Positions 1 to 11,676 of a stretch of 60,782 nt of DNA are shown piece after piece. Within the stretch, counting starts at the first letter, position 1; every line of letters starts with the position of its first letter. A program made the translations under genes and the position numbers. Below the pieces are notes generated by a model. That model did not search any database. It was not told the origin of the DNA and saw only the letters and a program-made list of their open reading frames with translations. This DNA comes from Bacteroidales bacterium (lineage in GTDB: Bacteria; Bacteroidota; Bacteroidia; Bacteroidales; CAIWKO01), in NCBI GenBank assembly GCA_035389045.1, contig DAOORA010000002.1:78957-139738 (forward strand), in the 5' to 3' direction.

Positions 1-2
1 TC

Positions 3-1385
3 AAAGCCAGGAACCAGGCAGCCGGCCTGGTGAAAATTACTATAGCCGACGCCTACAAACGGCTTCTACAACCCTCGATGGAGACCGAAATGCGGCAACT
101 TGCCAAAGAACGTGCCGACAACGAAGCCATCCGCGTATTCGCCATGAACTTAAAACAACTGTTGCTGGCTCCTCCGCTGGGGCATAAAACTATTCTTGCT
201 ATTGATCCCGGCTTCAGAACAGGATGTAAGGTGGTTATTCTGGACAAAAACGGCAGACTGCTTCATAACGAAACCATTTACCCACACCCTCCCCAGAATG
301 AGATGAAACAGGCCATCTCCAAAATTGAAAGCCTGGTTGACGCCTATAAGATCGAAGCCATTGCAATCGGTAATGGCACTGCTGGCCGTGAAACAGAAAA
401 TTTTATCCGGCGTATCCGGTTTAAAAAAGACGTTGTCGCCATAGTTGTCAATGAAAGCGGAGCTTCGGTGTATTCCGCATCTCCGGTAGCCCGCGAAGAG
501 TTTCCCGACTACGATGTAACCGTTAGGGGAAGTGTCTCTATCGGACGGCGTTTGATGGATCCGCTGGCAGAACTTGTAAAGATCGATCCCAAATCAATAG
601 GTGTGGGCCAGTACCAGCACGATGTAAATCAGAATGCGCTGCAAAAAAGCCTTGAAGATGTGGTCGTCAGCTGTGTGAACTCTGTCGGCGTTGATCTCAA
701 TACAGCCAGCAAAGAACTGCTTACCTATGTTTCGGGCGTCGGGCCCGTGCTTGCAAAAAACATTATTGATTACCGCAATACTAACGGATCCTTTGATTCG
801 CGCCATGCATTGAAAAAAGTCCCCCGTTTTGGTGAAAAAGCTTTTGAACAGGCCGCCGGCTTTTTGCGTATAGCAGATGCTGTAAACCCGCTGGATGGGA
901 GCGCCGTGCACCCCGAAAGCTACGAAATTGTAAACAAAATGGCAGCATCATTACAATGCACGATACCGGAACTGATGAAAGATGAAAATCTCAGAAAAAA
1001 AATCCATATACAGGATTTCGTGACCGAAAAAGCCGGACTTCCTACGTTGAACGACATCGTGCAGGAGCTTGCCAAACCCGGACGCGATCCCCGGCAGAAA
1101 TTTGATCTCTTTGAATTTGATAAAAATGTCCATGACATCAAAGATCTTATGCCGGGAATGGAATTGCCGGGAATAGTCACCAATATCACGGCATTCGGCG
1201 CCTTTGTGGATATCGGAGTCCATCAGGACGGACTGGTGCATATCAGCCAGATGACCAACCGCTTTATTTCAAACCCGAATGAAGTGGTAAAACTTAATCA
1301 GAAAGTTAAAGTTAAGGTGGTCAGCGTGGATACCGACCGGAAAAGGATACAACTGTCGATGAAAGATGTCAGTCAAAAACCATAA
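3..1385 (+). CDS. tex: Tex-family RNA-binding transcriptional accessory protein (5'-truncated by the window edge)
   Basis: YqgF/RNase H-like motif LAIDPGFRTGCK, VNESGASVYSAS, DPLAELVKIDPKSIGVGQYQHDV, HhH region and C-terminal S1 domain (GIVTNITAFGAFVDIGVHQDGLVHISQ). The frame is open from position 3, so the real start lies upstream of the window. Confidence 0.95.
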   Translation, partial: KARNQAAGLVKITIADAYKRLLQPSMETEMRQLAKERADNEAIRVFAMNLKQLLLAPPLGHKTILAIDPGFRTGCKVVILDKNGRLLHNETIYPHPPQNEMKQAISKIESLVDAYKIEAIAIGNGTAGRETENFIRRIRFKKDVVAIVVNESGASVYSASPVAREEFPDYDVTVRGSVSIGRRLMDPLAELVKIDPKSIGVGQYQHDVNQNALQKSLEDVVVSCVNSVGVDLNTASKELLTYVSGVGPVLAKNIIDYRNTNGSFDSRHALKKVPRFGEKAFEQAAGFLRIADAVNPLDGSAVHPESYEIVNKMAASLQCTIPELMKDENLRKKIHIQDFVTEKAGLPTLNDIVQELAKPGRDPRQKFDLFEFDKNVHDIKDLMPGMELPGIVTNITAFGAFVDIGVHQDGLVHISQMTNRFISNPNEVVKLNQKVKVKVVSVDTDRKRIQLSMKDVSQKP

Positions 1386-1418
1386 CAAAAAAGGCAGCTA
1401 AATGCTGCCTTTTTTGTT
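1384..1418. terminator. Bidirectional intrinsic terminator between convergent tex and giant gene 1
   Basis: Perfect 15-bp inverted repeat AACAAAAAAGGCAGC-taaat-GCTGCCTTTTTTGTT with a T-tract on both strands, between two convergent stop codons. Confidence 0.9.
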
Positions 1419-1432
1419 GCAATTAATGCCAT

Positions 1433-4400
1433 TTATCGGGCAATCACCATGCGTTTGGTTTGTTTTTCTCCTTTGTAGTAAACAGCGTAGAAATAGATAC
1501 CATCAGGAATAACGGAAGCATCAAGTTCAATCTTGTTCTCGCCTTTCACAGCATCCAAATCTTCAGATCTGATTGCTTTGCCCAACAAATCGTACATCTC
1601 AAAACGCACACGGTTACGTTCAGGTATATTAAATACAATATCTGTAATATTAACGGCGGGGTTAGGAACATTCTGGTACAACACAAATCCCGAATAATCA
1701 TAGCTTTCAATACCCGTCATGCCATAAAGGTATTTACAGCTTTGATCATTAGCAGGGTCGCTGTCGCCGGCAAGCATGGTTTTGGCGCACAACTGATAGT
1801 TACCCTGGGGAGAAACATTCTGAGTGGTAAACGTGTACAATACCGAATCCCCTCCATTCAGGGTACCTGTCCATACTCCGGCGCCCACCTGTACACCGTT
1901 TCTGGAAAACACCACCGGTATTGAAGTTTCGGGTTCTGTACCGAAATTCTTTATATATACCGTCACCGGGTATGATTGATTATAAACAGTGGTATCCGAG
2001 GGAGATATCATCGCAGATACGCCTACATCATGAGGCGCCGGGGTGGTATTAAACGATGCACAGGTTGTATCGTTGAAGGTATAGATATCTCCGGTTGCCT
2101 TGGTAAAAGCACACAAGTCATAGGTGATTCCGGGAGAGACATAGGGGGCTGCAAAAGTATAGTTAGTGGTTGCTCCCGGAGCAAGGTTCCCCGTCCAGGT
2201 TTCCGCTGTAACGGCGCCACCGTTAATGACGTATCTGACGGGTACCGTAGTAAGGTTGCCCGTTCCATGGTTCTTAATGGTCACCTGAACGGTCACTGAA
2301 CTTCCGGTCTGCGTGGCAGCATTAGGTTGCAATATGGCTGTCACTCCTGCATCCTGAGGTATAGGTGGTGCCGTGATGGCAAAGTTGTCGATAGCCCATC
2401 CTTCATTAACACCGGAAACGTCCGAGAAAAATTTAAATCTGAACTGAACCGGTGTGGTAGCATTTACAATACTGGGTATGGCAGTGAGCCGGTATCTCGA
2501 ATACACATATCCGTTTGAACTTCCGCTCCAGCAAGGAAATGTTGATGCTGTCGAATTGTACCAGTTCACTCCATTAGGATCAGCAAGGGTTCCCAGGGCG
2601 GTCCATGTTCCGTTATTGATAGCATATTGAACCTGACAGCCGTCATAATTTATCTCAGTATCATACCAATGCCAGAATTCAAGATAAGCGCTATCGACAC
2701 CCGTAAACATGAATAAGGGCGAATACAGGTATTCCACGGCGCTGTTTATATAATCTCCATCAAGATTGGTCACCCAGGCATGTGTCGGACTGTAAGCCGA
2801 ATCTATCAGGGTGGCAGCAGGCACACCCCATTCCCAAAGGTTTGTTGTTCCGGTGCCAAACCACGTCACAAGGCCTTCATAATCATCATTGTAAGGAACA
2901 TGATAAACAGGTACGCCGGTAATATGATTTACCGCAGTGTCGTTAAAGTGATCGCCATCAACGCTAAGTCCGGTATAGGAATACAAATTAAAAGCTCCGG
3001 CAGGGATAGCCACCGGTATACTGAATGTAAGCGTGGTGGTATCCTCGGGATATAAAGTCCCGGTCCATGTTTGGGTGACCGGGGTTCCTGTTAATCCCAA
3101 CCTGTATGAAACCGGAATGCTGTACAAGGTATCGCTGCCAAAGTTCTTGATATTCGATTTAACTACAACTGAACTTCCCGCCGGCGCCTGTAACACAGGT
3201 GTTTTGATTGCCTGAACTCCGGCATCCTGCGGGAAGGGTATAGTAATAGCAAAATCATCAACAGAAGCGCCACTATTAATTCCGGATGCATTGGTAAAAA
3301 ATACAAAACGGAAACGAACCAATGGGACATTATTAAGAATGGTCAGTTTGTACTCACTTTGTTTCCACCCGGAAGAAGTGTTGGTCCATCCCGGTCCGTT
3401 TGAGTTTATGACATCATCGTTGTACCAGTTCACAGCGTTGGTATCATTCAAAATACCGAGCGGCTGCCAGGTTGTACCTCCATTTGTAGTGTATTCAACC
3501 CTTAATCCGTCATAACCGGTTTCAAGATTATAATTCAGCCAGAATTTCATTTTTGCATTGATTACAGTAGAAAAGTCGAAATTCTGAGTATATAGATATG
3601 TAGTAACACTGTTAGTGTAAGCGCTGTTTAAATTAACATCCCATGCGTTGGGAGTGCTGTGTGCGGTATTGGTAGAGCCATAATTGGGAGTGCCGAGTTC
3701 CCAAACCGATCCGTTGCTCACCGGACCTGCTAGCCAGTTTACGTTAGCCCCGTCAAAATCATCATAATAGGGCAGGACGCTTGTAAACAGTCCGTAGAAA
3801 TTCATACACAGCGTATCATTGATATGATTGGCATCAGTCGCCAGGGATACGTATGCACAGATGGTAAATCCGGCAGCAGGCACCACAAAAGTCTGGCTAA
3901 AGGTAACATTAGTTGTAGCCCCGGGTAACAATGAACCTGTCCAGGGCTGAGTTGCCTGAGTAACCCCATCCAGGGTATACACAAGATTCATAGAGGTTAG
4001 GGTGTCTGCCCCAAAGTTTTCCAAAGTAACCTGAACACTTTGGCTGGCTCCTTCTTGTAAAGATGTGCCCGGCTGTAAAATCGCAGTTACAGCGGCATCA
4101 ATCTGAGGTGTTCCTGAAAGTGTCATGCAGGCGCTGTCATTCATGGTATTAGAATCTCCGGCTAAAATAGTCCAGGCACAAAGCGGCTGATCATTAGGAA
4201 TAACGGTAAGGTTCGGCAATACAGCTATGACAGTATCCATAGGCAGAATATCGCCACCGGCCCAGGTAATGGATTGTATGGGTCCGCCACCATAAGAGTA
4301 AGCAATCGATAGATTAGAAGCGTTGGTTATGGTATCCAGGCCATAATTCTTAACGATAACCTCAACAGGAGCCGAAACGCCTTCATCAAGCAACGCTGCC

Positions 4401-7400
4401 GGTTCAATAAATGTTGTTACACCGGCATCGTGAGGTATTTGTGGCAATAATACAACGGAATAATCTTCCGTTTCTCCATAGGTATAAGTCCCGCAAGGGT
4501 TTGCCACATCATTGTAGTCGAGCACAACGCGCAATCTGGTCGGGACATTGGTAACAATACCGGTGGTCGGTACGGTGAACACTCCGCTTACCGTAGTGGC
4601 CGTTGAGGAAGTAGGCGCTGAGAATATTTTTTCCTGAGGAAGGTCAAACATTCCGTTGCGGTTATAATCAAGATAAACATTGGCTAGCGACACACCAAAG
4701 GAGGTGCTCGGGTTGCATTGCGAAACAGAAATGGGGTAAGTCATTCCGGCCTGTAATATTCCGGGGCCAACAGATGTATAATCAGTATAGGTCGCAACGC
4801 AGGTTGGATTGGAATAAACCGGCAGAGGATTTCCGTTATTGATATTACTTACCGTAACATTACTGATATCGCAGTAAGATGTTGATGTGGCTCCCGAAAC
4901 ACAATACACCAGCGGGTTGTTTACTACGGTTTTATGGACCGTATCATTAATCAGGGTGGTATCGCACGACAAACCGGTATATACGGCAAGGTCATAGGTA
5001 GTTATGGCGGACATGTCGGCTGTTGCGGCAAAGGTATACAAGAGGGTGTCGTTTTGCGCTATCGGGCCGGGGATCGTTTCAGTAACAGGGGCGCCGCCGT
5101 TTAAAGAATAGTGAATTGGAATATTAACAGCAGGGCTCGTGCCAAAGTTCTTTAAGCGCACAGAAACCGCTTCGCCGGCGGAAAGCTCAATACCACTGTT
5201 AGGTGTATGTATAGCCTGGACACTCACATCGCAGGACGGTATTCCGGTAACAAATACCGTATCGGCCACCCTGGGACTTGCACAGGCCAACCCGCCGCTA
5301 ATAACCCAGTCATAAAAATAGTAATACAAATCGTTGCGGGGCGTATTTGTTGGTGCTGCGGTCAAGGTACTTGTGTTGATGGACAATACTCCCGGAACGA
5401 CATACGGATACCCGTAGTTGCCTCCCGGAGCTGCGGCTGAAGGCTCAAACAATAAACCGGATATCCCGGTATATCCCGGACGCATCTTCATGTTGGTGCC
5501 CGGCAGGATATCAAAGTCAAGATTGATTAGGTGTGCAACGGGCGTTCCCACAGGACTTCCGGTAACATTTGCAGTGGTGGTGTGCAGTACTGTTCCTGAA
5601 GAGTTAATTACATCAATAGTTACCGTGCCGCTGGCGCCGGTCGCACTCACAGGGTAAACCGTCACCGATTTCAGCGTAAATGCAGATAATGCATCGAAAA
5701 CCAGCCCGTAATTTGTGGTTCCGGCTCCACTAATTGCTGTAGGATAAGGCATGGCCATACCGGTATGCAGTGTGGAGGTCCCCGCCATGGCTTCTGTATA
5801 ATAAACAGTATTTCCGTAAAGTACCGGTGTGGTATAAGTAAGTCCTGTATATATTGCTGTGCCGCCTAAAGGGACATCATACCAAAAAACTGATTCAGCG
5901 GATACGGCATTTATTGTGGCCGAAGTACCGTAAGGAATAGTGATATTGCTCACGACCGGTGCGGGAGGTGTATAGTTTAGTGTCACTGTATCATGGATGG
6001 TGTCGTTGGCATAAAATGTGTCTCCCGCGAGTTCGATATAGGACAGAATGTTGTAGACTGAATCCTGTACGGTATGACTAAGCCCGGTAATAAAAGGAGT
6101 GGCAAATGTATACAGCAGCGTGTCGCCGGGCAAAATAGTGCCGGTAACAGGTTCAGCAACCACTGTACCGCCATTGACAGCATACTTTGCCATAAGGCCG
6201 CCATTAATAGTATTTACCCCGTTATTTCTAATCTTTATGGAAATAGTTTCTGTAACATCGCTGCATGGATCGAGCGGCGCAGGCATGGAAACCACCGAGG
6301 CTTCATTGGTCATTAATTCGACATGGGCAATAACCGGTATGCGCTCGCTGGGACAACCTTCGCCGCTTACTTTCCAGTTATAGAAGAAGTAATAGTATTG
6401 AGGATAACCGGTAAAACTGTTTCCATTGATAGAAATTACATTGGGTATAACGTACGGATAGCTGGCTCCGGTGGTATTGCGGTAAAACCCGCCGCTCACG
6501 CCAAATTTCACACGATATTCTGTGCCAAAAGGCACATTAAAATTTACCGGAACCACTTCTCTATCCCCTGCCTGGGCTGTGGTAACACCACTGAATGTTT
6601 GCAACACAGTGCCGCCGCTGTTCAGCAGTTGGATGGTAAATGCCGCCCCGGGGGCCGTGGATGGAAACACATCTATGCTATGAATAGTAATACCTCCAGG
6701 TTTTAATACATCAAAATACAAATAGTAGGTTGTATTGGAATAACTACTTGATGTCCCTATTGAATAATCATATGGCCCAACATACTGCGGAATGGAGCCG
6801 GCCATGGCTTCCGCATAATACGTGGTATCTGCATATAATGCGGGAGTATTGAATATGTGACCCTGATGAATAGGTACAGCGGATATGCTGTCGGCAAACC
6901 AATTTACACTATCGGGAGAAATTGCCTGAAGTATGGCCGGTTGTCCGTATGCTACCGTGTCGCCAATAACAACAGGTGCTAAAGGAACATGAAGTGAATT
7001 TATTTGTTTGATGACCGTATCATTAATGCTGACCGGATCGTTGAGAAGATTGATCCAGGTTTGTATAGTAAAGACAGAGTCCTGAGTTGTTACAGCCAGA
7101 TTGGCAGGAGTCGAAAAAATATAGTCCAATGTATCGCCAGTTGCAATAGGTGCAGTAACAGGTTCGGTTATCGTTGTGCCGCCGGCTATTTTATAAGAAG
7201 CGTTGAGATTGCCATTGATGGCTGCTCCGCCGGTGTTTTTTATGTGTATGGTAACGGGTTCGGCATTGCTCAGTCCGCAACCAGATTCGGGTGTTTCCAT
7301 CGATAGCACTGCGGCTTCCTGATTGGGAATTAACTTGATGTTAATATCGTCAATATAGGCATAATACATACTGCCAACGGTACCCGACCACCCGAAATAA

Positions 7401-10400
7401 TAGACGCCGCTTGCAGGAGCAACAAACTGTGATACCGATTGTATATGAACCGTATTGACGAAATTTACCAGAGTCGCCAATGTGGTTGTCATGGCGGCAG
7501 GGCTGGCAGCATTGCCGTATTTCAGCGTCAGTGTCTGGGGGTAGGTTGCGCTGTATGATCTATACCAGAAACTAAGAGAATACGTGTCGCCGGCTTCCAG
7601 GTAAAAACATCTCGAAAACAACCAGTCTTCTCCGGTATTGGAAGTGTTATTGTAAAATCTCGCGGAATAGGTGCCTGTATTTGAATAGGTGGAGCTTGAG
7701 TAGGGCAAGTCCCATTTATAACTGGCCTCACCGCCGGTATTGACCACCGACCACTGGCTATAATCTTCAGTGGGTTCAAAACCCATATTGTATTCTGAGG
7801 TGTAGAAATCCCAGCCATTAGACACTGCATAATCAGCAATCGTATCATTGAGCGGGTTCAGATCACCGGTCAACACCACATAGAAGTCAAAGGTATAGTT
7901 GGCGATGGCCGACAAATCGGCGCTTGTTGGGAAGGTATATACTACAGCTGAATCCGGCAGGAGTGAACCGCTGAAAACTCCTAAAACCGGAGTGCCGTTA
8001 TTTAGTTTGTAGTAGATATTTGCATTTGTAATTGTTGTTCCGCCAAAGTTTTTAATCCGAACAGAAACATTCTCGGCATTTCCCAGGCCGCACGAAACAT
8101 GAACCGGAGAAATAACTTCCAAAATGCCTAAGTCTACCGAAAGCGGTGCGAATTCATCAGCACCGATATCGGGCGTGGCAGCATCTCTCGGTTCTCCGTC
8201 AATATCATCTGTAATCCCTGCAATTGGAGTGGCATAGCCATTTAATGAGGAAGTAAAAGTATGAAGATCCGCGGGTGAAATAAAATTCGGATTTACTGAT
8301 ACGGAATTGCTGTCTTTTGATGATGCAATTTGCCATGCGGCAAGGGTAGCCTGGTTAGCGCCCCAGTATCCAAGGTTGGTGCCTGTTGAATATAAGTCAT
8401 TAAATTCAGAAGTATTAACATTGGCTACCGTGGAAACATAAAAAGCCATACCGCTGGCGTTAGTGCCGGTATATGCAAAAATATTGTTTTTATAATTATG
8501 ATAGGGATAGGTGGTGCCTATCATATACATAGCACGGGCTGTTGTATAATCTGTATAAACATTTATACTGTTATAATAAAAATTCTGGAATGTACTGTAT
8601 CCGTTATAAATACCATAAGTTGCGGTGGTTCCGCCAATACTGACAAAGTTATTGGCAGTCAGACCCTCTTGTCCTGAAGCTCCGTCGCAATATGAAATAT
8701 AAATTCCATATCCGCCACTCGTCAATGAAATTATGTTTTTTAATATTTTTAATGCATTATCGCAATAATAGGTATAAATACCATAAAAAGCTGCCGTGGA
8801 ATTGGTTGTTATTATATTGCCGCTAATGACGGGGGCAGCCTGATAACCGAGACGAATAGCATATTGGTACTGATTAAGGAATGTGTTATTAGTAATCGTT
8901 GTTTTGTTTTCAAGCGATGTACTGCTTCCTCCATATAAATATATGCCATAGGATCCGTTGATAATCTCATTGTTATTAATTACCGATAAGGAATCAAGTC
9001 CTGCCCCCGAATAGATAAGGGCTGTGTTTGTCGAACTGGCCGTTGCCGCCGGCGCTGTGACGATATTGCCGTCAAACTGATTATCGATGGCATTGGCAGC
9101 TAATTCAATAACTCTCGTATATGCCGTAGTGGCCGAGCTTTGCAAGGTCATGTTTTTAAACCTGAGATGGTCAGCGCCATCGAGTTTTATCACATAATTG
9201 GTCGTCGTATTGGTAGTATCCTGCAATACCACATCGGTATTAACTCCTGTCAACGATTGGAAAGTAATGGTATTGATGGCTGAAGCCCCCGGAATCTCTG
9301 AAATTACTAAGCGTTCATTATACATTCCTGATTGTACATTAAAAGTTACAGGACCACTTATACCGCATGTTTGCATGGCTGTCAGTGCATCCGAAAATGT
9401 TGTAAAATCACCTGTTGGGCCAATGGCATAAATTCCGTTCAAAATATTGCTGCATGCATAAAATGAGATGCTTGCTGTATCATTTGCAGTATTCTCATCG
9501 GTGCTGTCATTGGGTAATTCTGTCCACGCCCTGACAGTATGATTACCTGTAGTGCTCACATTGACATTACCCATAGTAATGACGCCCGAAACTACATCCT
9601 GCAAAAGCACTCCCGTCCAGTTATAGGAAGGTGTTTGCAATGCACCGTCCACTTCCCAGGCTATCGTTACTTTTTTCAGGGAGTCTGCAGCAAAATTTTT
9701 AAAATTCAAGGTTACCGGATAATTGGTATTGGTCAGCAGGGTTCCTGTGGGCCCGAGTATTTGTGTTACCCCTGCATCAAAAGTATAATTGGTTGCGACC
9801 AGCCCAATTTTTATGTTCGGGCGATACTTATATGAGGACGTTGTTGCGTTCAACACAGTGGACGCAGTGATCGTTGACCCTACATAAGCAATAATTTTGT
9901 CAGCCGTCCCGCTGGAATATTTCCAGTCAAATTTGTCGGTCGTCCAAGGCTGTGTTCCGGAATATCCTGCTCTGGTGGCGATTTCAAGACTACCTCCGGT
10001 ATAAATAAAAGGTGTCTGGAGAGTAAATTCAACCCATCCGCTTACCGGAGGTATTTGTTGGGCAGTTGAAGAATATACAAGGGTATGGGATGTCAGAATA
10101 CTGCCCCATGTGGTGGTGGTGGGCAGCGGGGGAACGTTGGAGGTGTTCGCCATATAAATCGAAAAAGTTATCGGGTTAGAGTTTGAGGCGCCGGCACCGT
10201 TTTTATCAAAGGATAATGTGGTTATCGTAGCTCCGGGTAATATTCCCGCGGCAGCTAATTCTGCTGCGGTATAAATAATGTTTGAAATGGAGTTGGCGGT
10301 GGTAGAGGTACTGCTGAAACGATAAAGAGGGCAATAAAGCGTATTGCCCGGAACTAAATTTTCGCTCCCGATAAGAATCTGGCTGGGCCCTTGTTTTATA

Positions 10401-11308
10401 TAAAACCACAGATCAGGGCCGTTGACGGTATTCTGTAAGGCAGAATTATCCGAAGCAAATACATGGTAATCTATTCTGTTGTTATAGGTATGACTGGGAA
10501 TCGTGCCCTTATAAGTACTGTCGGAAACCCATACCATAGGAATGTACTGATTGGCACCGTTGTTTAGCTGATAAACGATATAAGCTGTATCAATACCGGA
10601 AACATCCGTAATGGTAGCATGAATATCAAAAGGCCCGGTATTGAGCACCGTATCCTGGATGATGGGGGCCTTCATGGTAATTTTCGGAGGTAATAATTCG
10701 GATATACCCCCGACCACTAAAATATCGTCGAGGTACCAGCCATGGCAAACATCATTGCTGACATTGCCGCGTAAGGCAAACCGTATCTGCACATTGCTGC
10801 TGTTCGCTGCCAGAGCAGTGATATCAAACATTTCGTACCTCCACCAGTTTTGCTGGGGCTTGATGGTGTCATTGGCGGCTACCCAGTCAACAGGATATGT
10901 GGCAGCACAGAATCGGTACGACTGGTTTAAGAACTGAGAATTGCCCGGATTGATATATTGCGTGGTGAGTTTTATCCACGGACCTCCATTTACAGATATT
11001 TCTACCTTGGCCGTATCAAATATTTCCACCTTGCAGATATGTGCAAATTTCAACAATACATTGTTCGACCCAACAGTGCTGAACGGCTGTGTGGTCAGAT
11101 ATGAGATGCTGTTGACCGGAGTTTTAAGCGAGTCGCACTGGGTTCCTGAATAGTATAATCGCGTATTGATGGCAAAGGTAGGTGAACCCGTCGCTGTAAC
11201 ACTGTCCGGACCACTTCCGGGATCAAAATTCTCATGAAAATGAATTGTTTGGGCAATAGCTAATGTTGATATTGCAAATAACAACATTACAAGTAGTAGT
11301 TTTTTCAT
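1433..11308 (-). CDS. Giant T9SS-secreted multidomain surface protein, paralog 1 (3291 aa; adhesin-like)
   Basis: Sec signal peptide ending AIA-Q; repeated CARDB/Ig-like units (DAGV...IKNFG...NDT); parallel beta-helix (~8150-9430) ending PDIGADEF; cleaved-adhesin/choice-of-anchor-J-like module (MGFE...DWLFSRCF...YYFGW...IDDINI); two split Ig-like domains (WY/WF...TP.LY..T.YYAEA...C.S.R); GEVED (YGETEDY); two MAM/jelly-roll-like modules; type A CTD (LYQNVPNPA...GIYFY...TKRMVIAR). Confidence 0.9.
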   Translation of the reverse strand: MKKLLLVMLLFAISTLAIAQTIHFHENFDPGSGPDSVTATGSPTFAINTRLYYSGTQCDSLKTPVNSISYLTTQPFSTVGSNNVLLKFAHICKVEIFDTAKVEISVNGGPWIKLTTQYINPGNSQFLNQSYRFCAATYPVDWVAANDTIKPQQNWWRYEMFDITALAANSSNVQIRFALRGNVSNDVCHGWYLDDILVVGGISELLPPKITMKAPIIQDTVLNTGPFDIHATITDVSGIDTAYIVYQLNNGANQYIPMVWVSDSTYKGTIPSHTYNNRIDYHVFASDNSALQNTVNGPDLWFYIKQGPSQILIGSENLVPGNTLYCPLYRFSSTSTTANSISNIIYTAAELAAAGILPGATITTLSFDKNGAGASNSNPITFSIYMANTSNVPPLPTTTTWGSILTSHTLVYSSTAQQIPPVSGWVEFTLQTPFIYTGGSLEIATRAGYSGTQPWTTDKFDWKYSSGTADKIIAYVGSTITASTVLNATTSSYKYRPNIKIGLVATNYTFDAGVTQILGPTGTLLTNTNYPVTLNFKNFAADSLKKVTIAWEVDGALQTPSYNWTGVLLQDVVSGVITMGNVNVSTTGNHTVRAWTELPNDSTDENTANDTASISFYACSNILNGIYAIGPTGDFTTFSDALTAMQTCGISGPVTFNVQSGMYNERLVISEIPGASAINTITFQSLTGVNTDVVLQDTTNTTTNYVIKLDGADHLRFKNMTLQSSATTAYTRVIELAANAIDNQFDGNIVTAPAATASSTNTALIYSGAGLDSLSVINNNEIINGSYGIYLYGGSSTSLENKTTITNNTFLNQYQYAIRLGYQAAPVISGNIITTNSTAAFYGIYTYYCDNALKILKNIISLTSGGYGIYISYCDGASGQEGLTANNFVSIGGTTATYGIYNGYSTFQNFYYNSINVYTDYTTARAMYMIGTTYPYHNYKNNIFAYTGTNASGMAFYVSTVANVNTSEFNDLYSTGTNLGYWGANQATLAAWQIASSKDSNSVSVNPNFISPADLHTFTSSLNGYATPIAGITDDIDGEPRDAATPDIGADEFAPLSVDLGILEVISPVHVSCGLGNAENVSVRIKNFGGTTITNANIYYKLNNGTPVLGVFSGSLLPDSAVVYTFPTSADLSAIANYTFDFYVVLTGDLNPLNDTIADYAVSNGWDFYTSEYNMGFEPTEDYSQWSVVNTGGEASYKWDLPYSSSTYSNTGTYSARFYNNTSNTGEDWLFSRCFYLEAGDTYSLSFWYRSYSATYPQTLTLKYGNAASPAAMTTTLATLVNFVNTVHIQSVSQFVAPASGVYYFGWSGTVGSMYYAYIDDINIKLIPNQEAAVLSMETPESGCGLSNAEPVTIHIKNTGGAAINGNLNASYKIAGGTTITEPVTAPIATGDTLDYIFSTPANLAVTTQDSVFTIQTWINLLNDPVSINDTVIKQINSLHVPLAPVVIGDTVAYGQPAILQAISPDSVNWFADSISAVPIHQGHIFNTPALYADTTYYAEAMAGSIPQYVGPYDYSIGTSSSYSNTTYYLYFDVLKPGGITIHSIDVFPSTAPGAAFTIQLLNSGGTVLQTFSGVTTAQAGDREVVPVNFNVPFGTEYRVKFGVSGGFYRNTTGASYPYVIPNVISINGNSFTGYPQYYYFFYNWKVSGEGCPSERIPVIAHVELMTNEASVVSMPAPLDPCSDVTETISIKIRNNGVNTINGGLMAKYAVNGGTVVAEPVTGTILPGDTLLYTFATPFITGLSHTVQDSVYNILSYIELAGDTFYANDTIHDTVTLNYTPPAPVVSNITIPYGTSATINAVSAESVFWYDVPLGGTAIYTGLTYTTPVLYGNTVYYTEAMAGTSTLHTGMAMPYPTAISGAGTTNYGLVFDALSAFTLKSVTVYPVSATGASGTVTIDVINSSGTVLHTTTANVTGSPVGTPVAHLINLDFDILPGTNMKMRPGYTGISGLLFEPSAAAPGGNYGYPYVVPGVLSINTSTLTAAPTNTPRNDLYYYFYDWVISGGLACASPRVADTVFVTGIPSCDVSVQAIHTPNSGIELSAGEAVSVRLKNFGTSPAVNIPIHYSLNGGAPVTETIPGPIAQNDTLLYTFAATADMSAITTYDLAVYTGLSCDTTLINDTVHKTVVNNPLVYCVSGATSTSYCDISNVTVSNINNGNPLPVYSNPTCVATYTDYTSVGPGILQAGMTYPISVSQCNPSTSFGVSLANVYLDYNRNGMFDLPQEKIFSAPTSSTATTVSGVFTVPTTGIVTNVPTRLRVVLDYNDVANPCGTYTYGETEDYSVVLLPQIPHDAGVTTFIEPAALLDEGVSAPVEVIVKNYGLDTITNASNLSIAYSYGGGPIQSITWAGGDILPMDTVIAVLPNLTVIPNDQPLCAWTILAGDSNTMNDSACMTLSGTPQIDAAVTAILQPGTSLQEGASQSVQVTLENFGADTLTSMNLVYTLDGVTQATQPWTGSLLPGATTNVTFSQTFVVPAAGFTICAYVSLATDANHINDTLCMNFYGLFTSVLPYYDDFDGANVNWLAGPVSNGSVWELGTPNYGSTNTAHSTPNAWDVNLNSAYTNSVTTYLYTQNFDFSTVINAKMKFWLNYNLETGYDGLRVEYTTNGGTTWQPLGILNDTNAVNWYNDDVINSNGPGWTNTSSGWKQSEYKLTILNNVPLVRFRFVFFTNASGINSGASVDDFAITIPFPQDAGVQAIKTPVLQAPAGSSVVVKSNIKNFGSDTLYSIPVSYRLGLTGTPVTQTWTGTLYPEDTTTLTFSIPVAIPAGAFNLYSYTGLSVDGDHFNDTAVNHITGVPVYHVPYNDDYEGLVTWFGTGTTNLWEWGVPAATLIDSAYSPTHAWVTNLDGDYINSAVEYLYSPLFMFTGVDSAYLEFWHWYDTEINYDGCQVQYAINNGTWTALGTLADPNGVNWYNSTASTFPCWSGSSNGYVYSRYRLTAIPSIVNATTPVQFRFKFFSDVSGVNEGWAIDNFAITAPPIPQDAGVTAILQPNAATQTGSSVTVQVTIKNHGTGNLTTVPVRYVINGGAVTAETWTGNLAPGATTNYTFAAPYVSPGITYDLCAFTKATGDIYTFNDTTCASFNTTPAPHDVGVSAMISPSDTTVYNQSYPVTVYIKNFGTEPETSIPVVFSRNGVQVGAGVWTGTLNGGDSVLYTFTTQNVSPQGNYQLCAKTMLAGDSDPANDQSCKYLYGMTGIESYDYSGFVLYQNVPNPAVNITDIVFNIPERNRVRFEMYDLLGKAIRSEDLDAVKGENKIELDASVIPDGIYFYAVYYKGEKQTKRMVIAR

Positions 11309-11661
11309 AGGTAATGATTTTTATATAATTAAATATTTATTTAACAATAAACCCCGCTAATAAAACCATGATTTTTTCCAGGGGAAATGTCACGTTTTTT
11401 TTAACTTGGTAATCAAAACATTCATATTTAAGTATGGCATATTATTACTTAGAATTTGTTTTAAATTAGAGCCTTCGTTTTTCGACAAGGACGTTCAACA
11501 TCGACACCAATCCTGAAGTGTTCCTGACCAGCTGTATATGTCATTAAAGTCCAGAAATTTACATATCTTACTTCAGGAATTTTGGAGACAGCAAATCTAT
11601 ATTCCTTTATCATAATATCATGATGAAATAACATATATTCAATTCAAAACAGTTCCTAAAG

Positions 11662-11669
11662 CAAATATA
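11662..11669 (-). promoter_or_regulatory. Candidate Bacteroidota sigma-A -7 box (TATATTTG) for giant gene 1
   Basis: Matches TAnnTTTG about 350 nt upstream of the ATG. A second match (TAGATTTG) lies at 11592-11599. Confidence 0.45.
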
Positions 11670-11676
11670 TGAAATT